Of a stretch of DNA of 64,000 nt, positions 22,976 to 37,155 are shown piece by piece. The position numbers were made by a program, and so were the translations under genes. Origin of the DNA: Azolla caroliniana (taxonomy: Eukaryota > Plantae > Polypodiophyta); contig JBHGNT010000012.1 of NCBI GenBank assembly GCA_043228905.1, positions 17,298,001-17,362,000 of the forward strand, given 5' to 3'. Below the pieces are notes generated by a model, which made no database searches, was not told the DNA's origin, and worked only from the letters and a program-made list of their open reading frames with translations. Each line of letters opens with the position of its first letter. Within the stretch, counting starts at the first letter, position 1.

Positions 22976-25900
22976 TCAATAATTATTTATCATCGTTTTT
23001 TTCCGTTTCTTTCCTCTTTTTTGGAATTCTTGTATCAGATGAGCCTTTGAAGATTTTGAAGTATTTTTCTTGCTAAAACACAATGATTTGCTATCTTCCT
23101 CTCCCTCAGAAACATCATGCTTGACATTTGCTTCGCTACTTTTATCCGTCCTCGTATGAGCTTTGCATGGAATAAGATCCTTACTTGTCTTTGAAGTTTG
23201 AAGCTTTGCTCTAAGCTTCTTTTCAATAGGAGTTACTGTAGCATTAATTTTTGAATGTGGAACAAACTTTGCCCCCAAACCTAATCTGAAAGAGTAAACA
23301 AAGCCCTCCACATTTGATTGCATGCATATAATAAAGCACCAAACATATCCACTAAAGGAATGTGGCATTGATGAAGATATTTTTACCTGCTTGGTCGTAT
23401 ATCTAATATTGGTTCATGGCCTTCCACTTCTTCATTACCACCATCACTACCATTGTTCATTTTATTCACCCAATCTTTTGCCTTAGAAGAACCATCAGCA
23501 TTAAGAGAGAATTTAATTGTATCCAATGCCCATAAGACGGCATGAAAAGAACACAGGGTGCCTAAAATATAAAACATGCTTCTTACCAAATGAATTCACA
23601 ACTACAGTTTCTTTTCTTCTTCCCTTCTTTTGTTTGCCTATCAATTTTTATCCAAATTCCATTTAGCTTACAAAACCCATTTCACTTTTCTAGGTTCCAT
23701 TGAAGCTTTTGATCAATTCATGCTTATAATAAGGATTCGTTTATAGCGCTCTTGGGTCAATTTCCATGTATTGACATGGATATTTTCATACATTTCCCTC
23801 ATGCCCTTCCATATCTCTTAAATCATTCTTTACACACCAATAAATCATCTTCATACACATTAATCTGTTCACTTTCAAACCTTAACTTATTAACGACAAT
23901 CATGTTCTCATGTTCAATCAAAGGACCTCTTGATTCCAGAGAATTCAAGGCTCAGCAATTTCTTTTTTCTAGCTATTATCATATCATGCAACATGGAAAA
24001 GAGGAGAGTTTTAGGAGCCTCCAGTTAGAGGTACATGGCAGACTAATAGCCTAAAGTATGATGATGAGTTATCAAAATTCATGCTAGCCGAACAAAGAAA
24101 GAAACTTCTATAATTTTTCTTCATGATGATTAGATCAAGATTCGAGAATGCTCACTGAGAGGTTTTAAAAGCCTGCTTAGAGGTGCTTTTCTTTTCTTCT
24201 CATGAAGACTGCTGGATCATTCATTTCTCTCGGCATACAAGGTCCCACTTTGAAGTGTTTTTATGGCTTCCTAGCATGCTTTTTACAGTCAACTGCAGTT
24301 TCCTAGGAGGGCTTGTTGAACATTCATGGGCTCAAATCCCACATCACAGAAACACAGATGGTTTTCAATAACAAACATGGGTGTCCCTCCACATATCATA
24401 TCCATCCATTGGAGGCTTGAACCCAGAGCCTTTTGGTTATGCACTCAAAAAATGAGGACAAGCCATCCTTTAAATCTCTTCTTTCCATTTTCATACATCT
24501 TAAAAACTCTTTTGAGAGTTGGGTTTCAACGGGTTTGCATGGTAAGTAGTGCAGGAACATACCAGTTTAAATGCTTTATCAGAGACTTCCACTTCCGTTG
24601 GAGCTTTAACATTGGACATACCGAACTAACCTGAAAATGAACAGGCCCATTTCACTAAGAGATGAAGATTGCGGTTTAAAATCCACATTTTTATTGAGAG
24701 AAAAATGTTTGTAGGGGTAGTTAAAGGTTTACTTGAATATGATAGAAGAGTGAGCATTGGAAGAGAGTGAGCACTGATATTGAGAGAGAGAGAGAGAGAG
24801 ATGGTTGTAGCCACAATCGGTATTGTATTTGCATTGAAGAGACATGATCAAGTATTTGAATAATCATATAACTTCCCAATTAAATGCTCAGCAGCACGAT
24901 TAAAGTTGATTATCGTAAGCCATGTCCTTCATCATGACCTTAAATGAAATAATCTAAGGAATCGCCAATTCACCATTTCAAACCTTATATAGAAGGTGAA
25001 CATAATTGAAACCATAGTTCTCTAACCTTAGGGTTGGATGTGGGCTAATTCCTAAGGAATGAAAGGTGAGGATTGAGCTAATCTCAATCCTACGGCGAGA
25101 GGTAACTTTTAGAGAGTTTCATCACTTTGACCTATTATAATAAAGCAGTCAAGCGTGAAATAGACAGGGGCCTAGGGTTCGAGCCTATATAAGAAAGCTA
25201 ACTCCTTTCATGAAAGGGATTATCTTTATTATCTTTAAACACAGAGGCCAGAAATTTTGGATTTGAGAGAGATTGAAATTCTTCCCCATTTTGACACATT
25301 AGGGTTGAGCATTGAAGCCCATGTTTACATAACCTCAAGGGACATGCAAGATTGTCATCATAGTGGCAAAGATATGGAATTGGATTCCAACACGCAAGCC
25401 TTTAGCCTGTCACAGTTTAGGCTAGCATATCCTCCATTACAACCATTGGTGTTGCGTTCTTCATATTACATTAGCATAGTAGCACCATACGGGAATTTAT
25501 CAAACATAAGCACAACAGGGAGACTAAATGGTTTGACCACATCACCATTGCATCTATGTAGAGGGATACATTATGCTATCAATCATAGCTAACACCTTCA
25601 TTATCAAATCTTATGAGCACCATACTCTCACCTATTATAATCGAACGCATGTAATGGTAGCTTGCACAATATTGAGATTGTGATATTTCGTGGATTTGTA
25701 GTTTTCTTGTGGATTTTAAAAATCAAGACAACAGAGGAAGAGTTTGGCATCAGTGGGACCAATGAAAAATAGCATGAGAGCTTCTCCAGTCGAGGCATAC
25801 GAATCTGAGGTTTTTGATCTGGAAACAATTGGAATTGGGGAATCATCACAGGATGATGTCCACATTCAATCTCATTCGAATTGGAGAGGTTTGCAAAATC

Positions 25901-26480
25901 TTGTAAGATAGTATATTGTTTCTATGCCCTCTTTCTATTTCCCTCTGGCTTAATATATCTTTTATCGGATGCGATTGCCAGAAGTCTTCGATGACCTTGT
26001 CAGGAATCACTCCAGTGAGTGTGTCGGCATTGTAGTGTCCAACCAAAATACAGAGCAGATTGGACACTGCGATCATCATGACAGATTCCCACCATATTCC
26101 GAGCCTTCGGGCAGCAAAGGATCAACAAAATGGACAATTCATTCACACACATGGACATCAGTGTCCATGACACATATAAATGTTCAATGATTTTGTCATT
26201 CCTTTCACCCTTCCATTGAATATTATTAGCGCCTTACATCAAAATGAAAATTGATACATCACTTATAATGTGAACCATACATGATTGCTAATATTACCGT
26301 AAATATGAATCAAGCGTCAAAATGGAAAAATAAAATAAAATCAAAACCGGGTGTTCAAAATTCAGAGCAGAAACAAGAAGAAATTTTACCTGGGATTTTG
26401 AGGGGGGATCCACAGAGAGCAAAATCTGAAGATCGATGTCTCGAGCTGAGCGGAAGGGAGTAAATATGGGGAGTAAGGAA
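22976..26480 (-). pseudogene. Degenerate coding-like region of unknown family, possibly a TE-borne gene relic
   Basis: Protein-like minus-strand frames broken by stops (22976-23589, ~23700-24630, 25628-26150), and an acceptor-like ttcattttcag near 24631. Family not recognised. Confidence 0.3.
24990..25240 (+). mobile_element. LTR-like fragment related to 38250-38410
   Basis: Shares tcaatcctacgg...cctagggtt...gcctatataagaa(a/g)gctaact with 38275-38390. Confidence 0.5.
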
Positions 26481-26554
26481 GAAGGAAAGAGAAGAAGCTC
26501 TCTCTCCCTCTCCACTCCACTGTTTTTTCTTGGGGATTTTACTGTATATTTGTT

Positions 26555-26680
26555 TTTAGGGTTTCTGAATAAAGAACTCAGATATGAAGGGCTTGGGGGT
26601 GTGTATAAGCACACAATTCTATGATTTTAGGGTTTCTGAATAAAAAACTCAGATATGAAAGGCTTGGGGTGTGTAATAAT
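26555..26680 (+). repeat. Two-copy ~71-bp tandem repeat
   Basis: tttagggtttctgaataaa(g/a)aactcagatatgaa(g/a)ggcttgggg occurs at about 26555 and 26626. Confidence 0.9.
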
Positions 26681-26686
26681 GTACAT

Positions 26687-27155
26687 ATACAATTATATTA
26701 TTTGTATCTAAACCCCACTTTATAATTTCTTATATGCATACAATTATTATTATTTGTATCTAAACCCCACTTTATAATTCCTTATATGCATACAATTCTT
26801 ATTATTTGTATCTAAACCCCACTTTATAATTTCTTATATGCATACAATTATTATTATTTGTATCTAAACCCCACTTTATAATTTCTTACATGTATACAAT
26901 TATTTATTATTTTCATACAAACCCCACTTTATAATTTCTTATATGCATACAATTATTATTATTTGTATCTAAACCCCACTTTATAATTTCTTACATGTAT
27001 ACAATTATTTATTATTTTCATACAAACCCCACTTTATAATTTCTTATATGCATACAATTATTATTATTTGTATCTAAACCCCACTTTATAATTTCTTACA
27101 TGCATACAATTATATTATTTTCATTTAAACCCCACTTTATAATTTCTTATATGTA
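26687..27155 (+). repeat. Minisatellite, 9 copies of a 51-53 bp unit
   Basis: The core aaaccccactttataatt starts at 26710, 26762, 26814, 26866, 26919, 26971, 27024, 27076 and 27127. Confidence 0.97.
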
Positions 27156-27632
27156 TTTAGGGAGTGGGACATCCTCTAAAGCCAATTAGAAAACTTCACA
27201 TAAGAATGACTTGCCCATGTCTATTATCAAACATGAAAGCATTATGCATTTTCCAATTGTGTTGCAATCCCCAATATCATAAATTTTGGAACGATATCTC
27301 CAGCTTGTCGTTTGGACCATTTTGAACATACTGAAAAAAAAAAAAAACCCATTTTTCAGACCTCAAATAACAACGAGTTAAAACTTGCCGAATGTCTTAT
27401 AAGTACTTCCAAATTATATGTGTTATATATCATTTTAATGAGCCTTTGTGTAGTGTCCTCGAACGGAAGGGTGCAAAAGAAGTAGGTACCCGACCCTAGT
27501 CCTTGTCTCTTTAAAGCTAAACCTAATGAGAGCCCACCACTCATGACTCTCCATATGAATACCTTTGCATGAAATGGCTAATGGGAATGCCAGCTACATA
27601 GCAATATTTGCCAACACCTTGCAAACTCTCTC

Positions 27633-27997
27633 TGTTAGCCAGTCGGCTAGCCGAATTACACTAGTCGAAGTCAGAGTCAAGAGTAAAAGTTGGAGTTGGA
27701 GTCAAAGCCGCAAGAGTAAAAGATAGTGTGAAAAGGAAGTAACCGAAATAGTAACTTTTGTGCCAAGTAGGAAAAATAGAATAGAACAGTTAGTGTAAGT
27801 GTAGGTTCTTGCCGAATAGGCAAGTGTATTCTCTTGGAAGAGTCTCTCATGGCGTCCATAAAAAGGGACCGAGAGCATTGTATTCTCTTGGAAGAGTAAG
27901 CAATTGTTTGGGTCGGCAAACATCACATCTCCAACCACAATCTTCTTGACAGAACGACTTAGTTATTAAGACGTTTGACCCTTTGTGTCGGTCGACA
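27633..27997. mobile_element. Possible short solo LTR
   Basis: TGTTAGCC...GGTCGACA termini and an internal direct repeat tgtattctcttggaagagt. No TSD found. Confidence 0.3.
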
Positions 27998-29878
27998 GAG
28001 ACAATACTCCCTTTCTCTCTATTGTAATTAGCTTACCCTATTGGTAAGTTGTTAGAGTACTAGCATTATGGCTTAGCTTACCCTATGGATTGCATGGGAA
28101 GCAAGTAACAAGTCAAAAGAAGCAAAAAACCAAAATTTTGAGTTCTAGATGGGGGCAAGATGCATAGAAACAGTTTGGAGGATGGGATACATTATATTTC
28201 TTTCATAATATGTCAATGGATTCATGAACGAATGAGGTGTTTTTGCAACATCGATGGTTGACATTTCACTCATTATATTGCATACATTGCACAAAGCCAC
28301 AAAACATCTTATTCTCCAAATGCAAAAATTGAATTCACCAATACATGAAAAGAATCCATCCCTTTGTAAATCATCGATATCATTTTGCATTACAACTTAG
28401 GTCACATTCTCTTAAATATGAGATGGTGAATAAGTGAGGAGACTCTTCGACAATGCATACTTTTCCATGAAGAAGTTTGTGAATTTGACATCACACTTCG
28501 TTACAATGTTCCATCTACTAACAAAGTCAAATTCGCTTTCCACACATCATCAATCCAATCCTAATCCTTAACATTTCTCACCATTAAAAACATGCACACA
28601 CAATAGTAGCAAATTCATTAGTGAAAATCTTGAGTGTTGAGTGAGCAACTAATCAACATACCACATTAAAATGTTTCACTTTTAGTCTCAATGGTCATGT
28701 TTGACCTTTCATGCCAATGATAAAATCTCTCTTGCTCACTCTCACACTCTCAACCTTAAATCTATCGTGAGGGAATTCACATTGGCCCTCTGATCCTCAA
28801 AGTTCCCAACTAGAATTTAACAATTACCAAGAGTATTTTATAAGCAACACCGTCTTTGCCAAATATAAAGCTTAGTACCTAACATGAAATTGATTAGACA
28901 TGAAGCGTGAAAGATCACTGCCACAAAACAAAATTTCAAGGGACTTATTGATCATCTTTGAACGTTACACCTCATTCACAATGTATACATTTAATGTGAG
29001 AGGATTTGTTATCAACATATCCTAATGCAAAGAACAAGTTATTACAAAAGACAAATTTATGGTGGGGCAATTAAGAATATCCTATACATATCAAAGTTCG
29101 AATCAATGGCACATCCTTGAATAAAATGATTTCTTTGAACGAAGGCTTGTGTACATTATTCTTTTTTGTCATGAAACATTTCTTTCAATACTTGAGAAGA
29201 ATGTGGAAGATTGTAATGTCCTCCCCACCCACACAATGATATTTCATCTGTATAATGGAAGAGCTAAGGATATAGGTCGCAATAAAAACCTTGTGATGGA
29301 GGGGAACCCGTTATATCGTTTGCAGTAACAGATGACTTATTTTGGAACTCCTTGATGACGCCAATTCTAGTAGGCTTCTTGAACTCTTGGTAAACAAGTA
29401 GCAAAAAATTAAGATAGAAAAGGAACAAAAGGAGTAACCAAATCACATGTGGAGACAGATAATAATGTTATAGCATATAGCTTCATGTGATAATGTTACA
29501 TATTGAATCTGTGCCTGCTTGTCCCGACAACCCTTTGCAAACCCCATTTTCATTGATTTGTAGACATCCTCGTTGCATTACAGAAGAAATCTGCCCTGGC
29601 TTTACAACCAGATAATGAATAAAACCATTTCTTCAATGCAATCATTGATAATTACTTGTCCATTGATTGCTTTCTTCCATTCTTGTAGGAGATCCCTTCT
29701 ATGGCATACATCCTTTTGGCATGTTTGATTGACAAACTACTAACCGCTAGTGTCATGTCAACCCATGAAGTAAAACTTCAGTGTGAAATACAGCAAGCCT
29801 GTTTTCCAAAGCAGAATGCATGGTGTCCAGAATGCTTGGCATATAGTCAAAACCAAAGTAGTGTTAGAATTTACAGCA

Positions 29879-32800
29879 TTATCTGCAAACCTGGTCAAAA
29901 ATACTCTCAAGAAGTGTCAAGATGGTATCCCTCAGTTGCGATGCCTCGGTAGGTTGGAACCATGACCGACCAAACTGAATACCAACAAGATAAAAGAAAA
30001 TTTCAATGCTTACCTTTTAACATATGACAACACTTTTCATGTTTGAGAAGTTGCCTTACCATCTTAGCAAGACATGAAGAATCCCAATGTGGAGGTGCTT
30101 CTTGTATGAACCGTTCGATGTAATAAAGCATGAAAAGGCCACAATCCCATTCATTATCTTGCAGAGGAACCTGAGGGGGCAAGAGATATATGAGTGGCTC
30201 AAGTAGATAAATTTGTGGATTTCAACGTCCTTCAATTTCCCAAGGGATTTGACTGCAAAGTGGAAAGTACCTGAACCCTTTTAGATATAGCACTCGATGG
30301 CTTCACATTTCGTACTGCATCATCGACTGTCTGATTTTCCTGCAAGAGATATTCGTGTTCTGCAGCTAAGTAGCTGCATAATGCCAAGCAAAGAGCAATT
30401 TATTAGCAGCAAGCAAGATGTGCTTCTCATAGATTTATGGACCTATGTGCAGGAAGAAACAGACACAGTTTGTGTTCCGGTATATGGGGGCATTTTATCA
30501 AGATCAAGTAAAATTTCACATCAAAATGGTTTGAAATGCAACATTATTTTTCCAATGGCATTCCATGAAACTATAAAAACCTACGATTCACATAATAATT
30601 CATATTAGAAAGGGAAATGACAGCTAACTTTTACATTATAAAAGTAAGAAAGGCAACAAGATTTGAGCCCAGACCTTTTCAGTGTCTTATATATGCTTTC
30701 ACTTGAATGCCCTGCAGCAGGAGACATAGAATCTAAATGCAGAATGTAAGGGGTTTTTTGCTCCAATGGCAAACATATAACAGCCAAACTCCAATGAGCA
30801 CTGCAAATTAAAGCAACTTTCAGTGTAAACTTAAGCTTTAGATATGGCAACAACTAAAAATAATAGTAATTGAAATGATTTTTCATCACATCACCTGTCA
30901 TGAATTGGCATGAGCAAATATGACTTCTTAAATATGTTTATTCCCTTAGTCCATTTGTGCAGCTTCTCGAAACAAGCAGACTTCGATTTCTTTAAAAAAG
31001 TATAATTAAGTCAAAACGTGATTAAGCTTGCTTGCCAAGACTCTAGGCCTCCCTAGAATATCAAAAATCTTCAAGAATCAGAGCATACATAAATATCTTC
31101 AATTCTAAACTCAGATAATATCATGCTTATAGTAAAACTGAGTTACTCAGCCTAGGAATGTCAAAACCCTTGTTTCTCAAAGAAAAGGATCGCCGTGTAT
31201 GCTGGTGGGTATAGAGGTTCACAAACTCTCCATTTGTACATTTACGAAGATTTTCTACGAAATATTGGATCACTTGGCCAGTGTGAACTGGCTCAAGTGC
31301 CATAAAATCACATTCTATTGAAATAATATAGTTTTGCCCCAAAATATATTTTTGGGGGGGCTCCAAAAACTGACCTAATCGCCTCCATGTCCTCTGTTTT
31401 GTCTGTTGTTAAAAACAGCTTTAATGGCAAAGAGAAGCCCAATTTGGTCTTTAATCTGGCCATTCAAGAGCTATTTGATGCAGCAGAAATGTTTTGTAGC
31501 ACATTTCCTTCAGATGATGCTTCCACACGCTGTGGCAAGATATGTCTATCGCTAAATGTGACATTATTAAACCATTGCTTACCATTAATGATGCAATGAA
31601 TCAGACTTGGATTGTAGACTTGCATGCTTCACTCCATACAACTCCTGCCATTTTTCAAGCCCTAGATTATGGTAAAGCCTGTTGGGGCAATAATCAATCT
31701 TGTATTATTGATGGTATAGGCACTATAGCATTTGGCTCAGGCATGGCCAAGAACTTGTATTATAGTTTACATATCAGATGAATGTACATGGATATAGCAC
31801 CACATTTGAGAGTGGACCATGGAAATTGACAAAAGGTTCTAGACTTGTGGTCAATTGCACAAGAAAGGCACTTTGCATTGCTTGTAAGGAAAGGCCTTAC
31901 AAAAAAATGTATTGTTGCTACAGAGGTTGATTCTCACTTGGAGCTTTGGAATAAAGAATTTGGGCCATATGAGCCAAAAAGGATTGAATATCCTTTCTTC
32001 TTTACAAATATTCCAGGCACTAAGCCTGATGTAATGATTCTTAATATGGAAAAGAAGTGAGAAACTCCTATAACTCTCATGTGTCTCACAAGCAAAATCT
32101 TTTAAATTTTGTGCACTCTGATATTTGTAGCAGAGGGATGCTTTGTATGTTATTCCTTTGTTGAGGACTGTTCAAAGAGAATTTTGATTTATTTCCTGAA
32201 AAGCAAAGATGAAGCTTTTTCTGCATTTAAACTATATAATGGGTGTCAGTACACAAGTAGTGAATTAAGAAGATTTTGTGAGTTACACAGTATAAAGAGG
32301 GAGTAACCCTTCTAATAGGTTGAGTGAGATATATAATAGGACACCATGAGAGAGGGTGAAATGCATGCTGCCCATAGCCAATCTCCCCATGGCTTTTGGC
32401 GAGAGGATATTAAAACTGCAATAGACCCCCTCAAACAGAGTTAATAGGTGGCATTCCTGAAGAGGTTTTGTCTGACAAACCAACCTCATATGACCGTCTA
32501 TGCATCTTTGGTTCTGATGCATTTGTGCATATTAGAGATGAGGGGTTTGGAATATGACCTCTCTTTCCAGTATATTATGTTGACTGATGAGGATGTGCCT
32601 CTTATATTAAAAGTGGTTATATCATGTGAGCAAAAGAGCAAGTGGGTGGTTGCAAAGCAAGACATAAAAGCTTTGCATCCACATGATACTTGGGACTTGG
32701 TTGCCTCTCCTTCTCTATTTTCTCAGCCATTTTCTCTCTACCTACTCCAAGTCCACCATTACACACAAGTGATACCAAAATATGAATACTGAAAACATAG

Positions 32801-35800
32801 GATACAAAACAAAGATAATACTTCATCTATTCAGTTCCATATCACCCAATAACTGAGCATTAGAGTATGATCATTGCTAAATATGGTTCCATTTCCTTGT
32901 CCAAGTCGAATAGAAGTTAAATTCCAATTTAGTAAAATATTACACTGACAAAAGGAGCTTGAATTCAACTATCTAGTGTGTCAGTAAAGGTGGATCAGAA
33001 TCCATTCTTCTAATTTGGTAGCAGTTTATGACATCATTGGCTTGCTTTTAGACTTTTATTCTACTTAAATCCATGACATCATCCTTAGGCTTTGGACAAG
33101 TCTCTATAAGCTTCCTTGACAAGCTACCATATCCTATTGAACCATCTCATACAGCCAGACATTTGTATGGAACCATGCTGAAAACGTTGAATTACCCACC
33201 ACTAATCGTACGATGTTAGAAATTTTCAACAGCACACTGTCGCCACAGTAAACAATCACAGTGGCTGTAGACCTTCAAGGGAATTAAAACGATATAATTG
33301 AACCCATAGCTACTTATGGAAACAAATAATGAAAACACAGAAGAAATAGTCAACAGTGACTTTACCTTCCATGACATGAGCTTCTTATAAAAGAAGCAAC
33401 TGTAAAAATGAAAATATTGCAAGCTTTCAGCTCTCTGTGAGAACTTTTCTGTCTGAATGTACCTGCAAAGAAATTGTTGCTAGACATATGATATGTAATC
33501 CTTAAAGCATATAACATGGTTTCTCAAATTTGACACTCCTGTGGTATCATACTTAATATAGAAATCAATAACCGTGTCATTAAGGAACTGCAATGGAGCA
33601 AGATGTTCAAGATCTGCATATCGAACCTCAACTGCTTCAGGATCACAGCTGCATATAACACAATCAAGAATTTCAATAAAAAAATCTCCCTCCCTTCATT
33701 CTTGCTTGTTGAATCATTGACTACTTTCCCTCTTCTCAATTACTTGTAAAACAACTTTCTCGTCATATATGAAACTAATCTTTACTGAAAACGCCAGCTA
33801 GTCTTCAAAAGCAAGTCTACCTACTTGAGAAACATTGTAGTTACAACAATGCTTCATTTCCACTTTCTTCCAAAAGCTTTTCTTCTCTTTATGGGGTACT
33901 TCAGAATGGGATGGCAAAAGAAATTATTAGAAACCAACACTTCAATGAGCTTTTCTGCATGTAATTTGCATGCTAGCCAAATAGCCTCATGAGAGTGGCA
34001 GTTCTATTGTGACTACACACTCCCTCTTTAGCCTTAGGCTTGTGGGGTTTCTCTAATGTCAGTTCCTAAACGCTAAAAAATGCACAAGCCACACTTTAGG
34101 CTTTCTTGAAGATCTTTTTTCCCATGTTACAATGCAACAGCCACAGCTCTCGTGAGTCACTTAACTGGCAGCTATGCCAGACGCCTAGGGTGGATGCAGG
34201 CTTCCTTCATAACACCTTGTCTAAAATTTCTTTTTGTTTTACCTTTATACCGAAAGCTAGTTTTGGGAATGCTATTGGACTCTATGCTTCTTTCCCATGC
34301 TAGCCCCACTACACATTATCTCTTGTGAGAAAAGAGACATGTTTGTCAATCAAACGAGAAATCACACACAGAAACATGAAAGGGTTTTATAAAAGGATAA
34401 GATCACAGTAAAAAAAACACCTTGAAGGGTAGAGAACCTTCGCAACAGCCCTTCTGAGTTCATGCAAGACAGAAGAATTTCCTTGTTAGACACCATATAC
34501 ATAAAGAAAACAAGGCCAAGGTATGTTAAATAAGATGTCGGCATTCTGCAATGTACTTTTTTGCTGTACTACGCAATGTTTTCCGCCTTGACATCTCTGT
34601 ATTATGTAATTGCCCAACATAACAAGAAATAGCTCCTTCGTTAATGTTTTCTTCCTCATCGGACAGCTCCAAAGCTGTATCCTGGGTGCATTCATGGTTA
34701 TACATCTTGCCTCTAAAATCACTTATTTAACACATTGCTTATGTTACTCAGCGCATACTGTACATACAGGAGTATCACCATCAGCTCGCTGCAAGCGTTT
34801 CCCAGAACTCAATCTCTGAGTAGGTTGCCTAGTAGGAGAATCAAAACATTGTTCTCTCTGCAGTCACAAAATATCCCAGCAGAATATCTTTAATGACAAC
34901 GTTAGTAATACACATCAAGAATAACCATTTGATAGCCTGATGCAAAACCTGCTGATCATCTGGAGAAGTAGTAGTCATTGGGGATGAAACAGACCTTGTC
35001 CTGCAAAAGGAAAATCTTTCCTCAATTTAGCTGCTGTGAATTTGTTTATTTCACGTTCATTTCTTTCTAGAATCACCAAAACGGATTTTAATTGGCTAAC
35101 ATGAAGAACATATAGTTTCTATGTTCATTCGCACAAAGAAGAGTGTTTCTTCCAGACAGTACTTCATTTCCTCATGATGCCGTTAAAGCAATCAGAATAT
35201 TTTTCTCAGAAAAAGAATTTACACTCCAGAAAATGTTGAGAGACTCACACATGCACTTATAGAAACTAAAAACAATTATGGGGTTTAACACACAGGAGAG
35301 ATTAAAGACAGCAGAAGCAGTTACAGGAAACAAAAGCCTACTACTTAAAGAATGTACAAGGTAGGAGTGCAAACACTAATTCTCAACACATATATATATG
35401 CTATTCAAGATACATAGAATATACTCTTAGAAGAAAAGCTTTAAATGCTGATGGGAAAGCTAAGTCATGGCCTCATAAATACCTATTTAATGCTGAGTGG
35501 GAATCTTGTCCAAGGATCCCATTTAGTGTACAAAAAAATTACTTTTAGGAGTGCAAACGGCACTATACCATTCTAACAAAAATTAGAAAATGTTAAATTA
35601 TATAAAAACGTTTTTCTAGATTAATAGGAGCAACCTAAGGGCCTTTAATCCAATAAGGATTGGGTGGACATAGTCTACAGATTATGCATGAGCAAGAGCA
35701 AGAGGCCTGGAAACTCAATAGGAAACTTCCTTTGGGTTTGGGGAATTGGTGTTGCATCTCCGCAAGCCTTAAATTATTGAAATCAGCATATCGCATAGCT

Positions 35801-37071
35801 TAAGTGACTGATCACACCATAAGGAACTTATGATAATGGGAATGAATGAGGAGTATGAGGAGTGCCAATAACTTGAAGAGAACAATACTGTTATCTTATA
35901 TGCTGTGTACTATTCACAAATCATTACATACACCAGACATTGAAATTATGTTTGCAATGCTGTTTTGTTTTTAAAAAATAACTTTTCTTTCTGATATGAA
36001 AACTTTTTTCTCCCAAGATACTAACGAGTCAGCAGGCTGAGCAGAGTAGATACAGGGAAGGGTTGTAGTAAGAATCTCTTTCCAGTTAGGTGTCTCTCTC
36101 CAATCCAAGATCATCAGATTTTAGAAGGATGTTAAGACGTGCAATGCAAATACTGAATTAAAAGGCCTTCTCTTGCAAGAGGAAGGTCAGAAGTTCATTG
36201 CTCACTTCTGTTGGGATGAAGGACATTATGCATTGCCCAAAAAATTGCTCTGATATGCGCCCATGTCGTCATCTATATATTCTTGGCAACCTAAAGAATC
36301 AGGTGCTGACTGCTTGCAGCCTAATTCTCTGCATTCACTCCCTCATTCCTGTTTACTACATTGCCATAGCTAGAATTCCAAAGAGCTCTCATTCATCCAT
36401 CAGCCCCCAACCTCAATTTTCAGAAATATGACAATTGAGCCTCCACTATACTGAATGAGCCTGAACTTAGATGACTGAAATAAAATAGTTTAATTCACAC
36501 TCATCTACCTGTGGCAAGTAATCGAACATACAGCAACAAATAACTGGAGAGGAATAAAAACGGATCCCAGCCCTGACTTATTTATAGATTGAATTTCCTG
36601 ATAGCTGTAATATCGCAGGCTTATAGCCTCCCTTGGATGGATAAACATCAACACACCACACAATCTTAAATTGAAATTACTAGATTTGCAAGGAAAGAGA
36701 CTTACCTGCAGTTAGAGCAAACAAATTTATCCTCTTTCCCAAGTTCTGAACTTGACGAAACTTGCAAACTATCCTGCAATACAAGGCAATCTTCGCATCT
36801 CTGACGGGATGCCACAGGATCAAGGTCATGAATTGGGCTTTTTATTTGTGTAAGGATTATGGGTTTGGAACTTGGACTCTGTACATTGCTTTTCTGAGAG
36901 GGACTAGAAATCCTAGTACACTTTTCCTTCATATTGCATGCAACCAATAGGCAATCTTGATCGAAAACTCCGACTTTCGAGTTTCCCAGGGGTTCTCCCG
37001 CCTTTTTCAGCTGATACCTTTCTGACATCCCCATACTTCCATTAACCGGTAATGCAGCCTGCCCCATAGAT

Positions 37072-37155
<84 letters not shown>

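Noticed and set aside
26687-27155. CRISPR-like regularly spaced repeats
   Set aside because: The units are contiguous near-identical copies with no unique spacers, there are no cas genes and the context is eukaryotic. It is a minisatellite.
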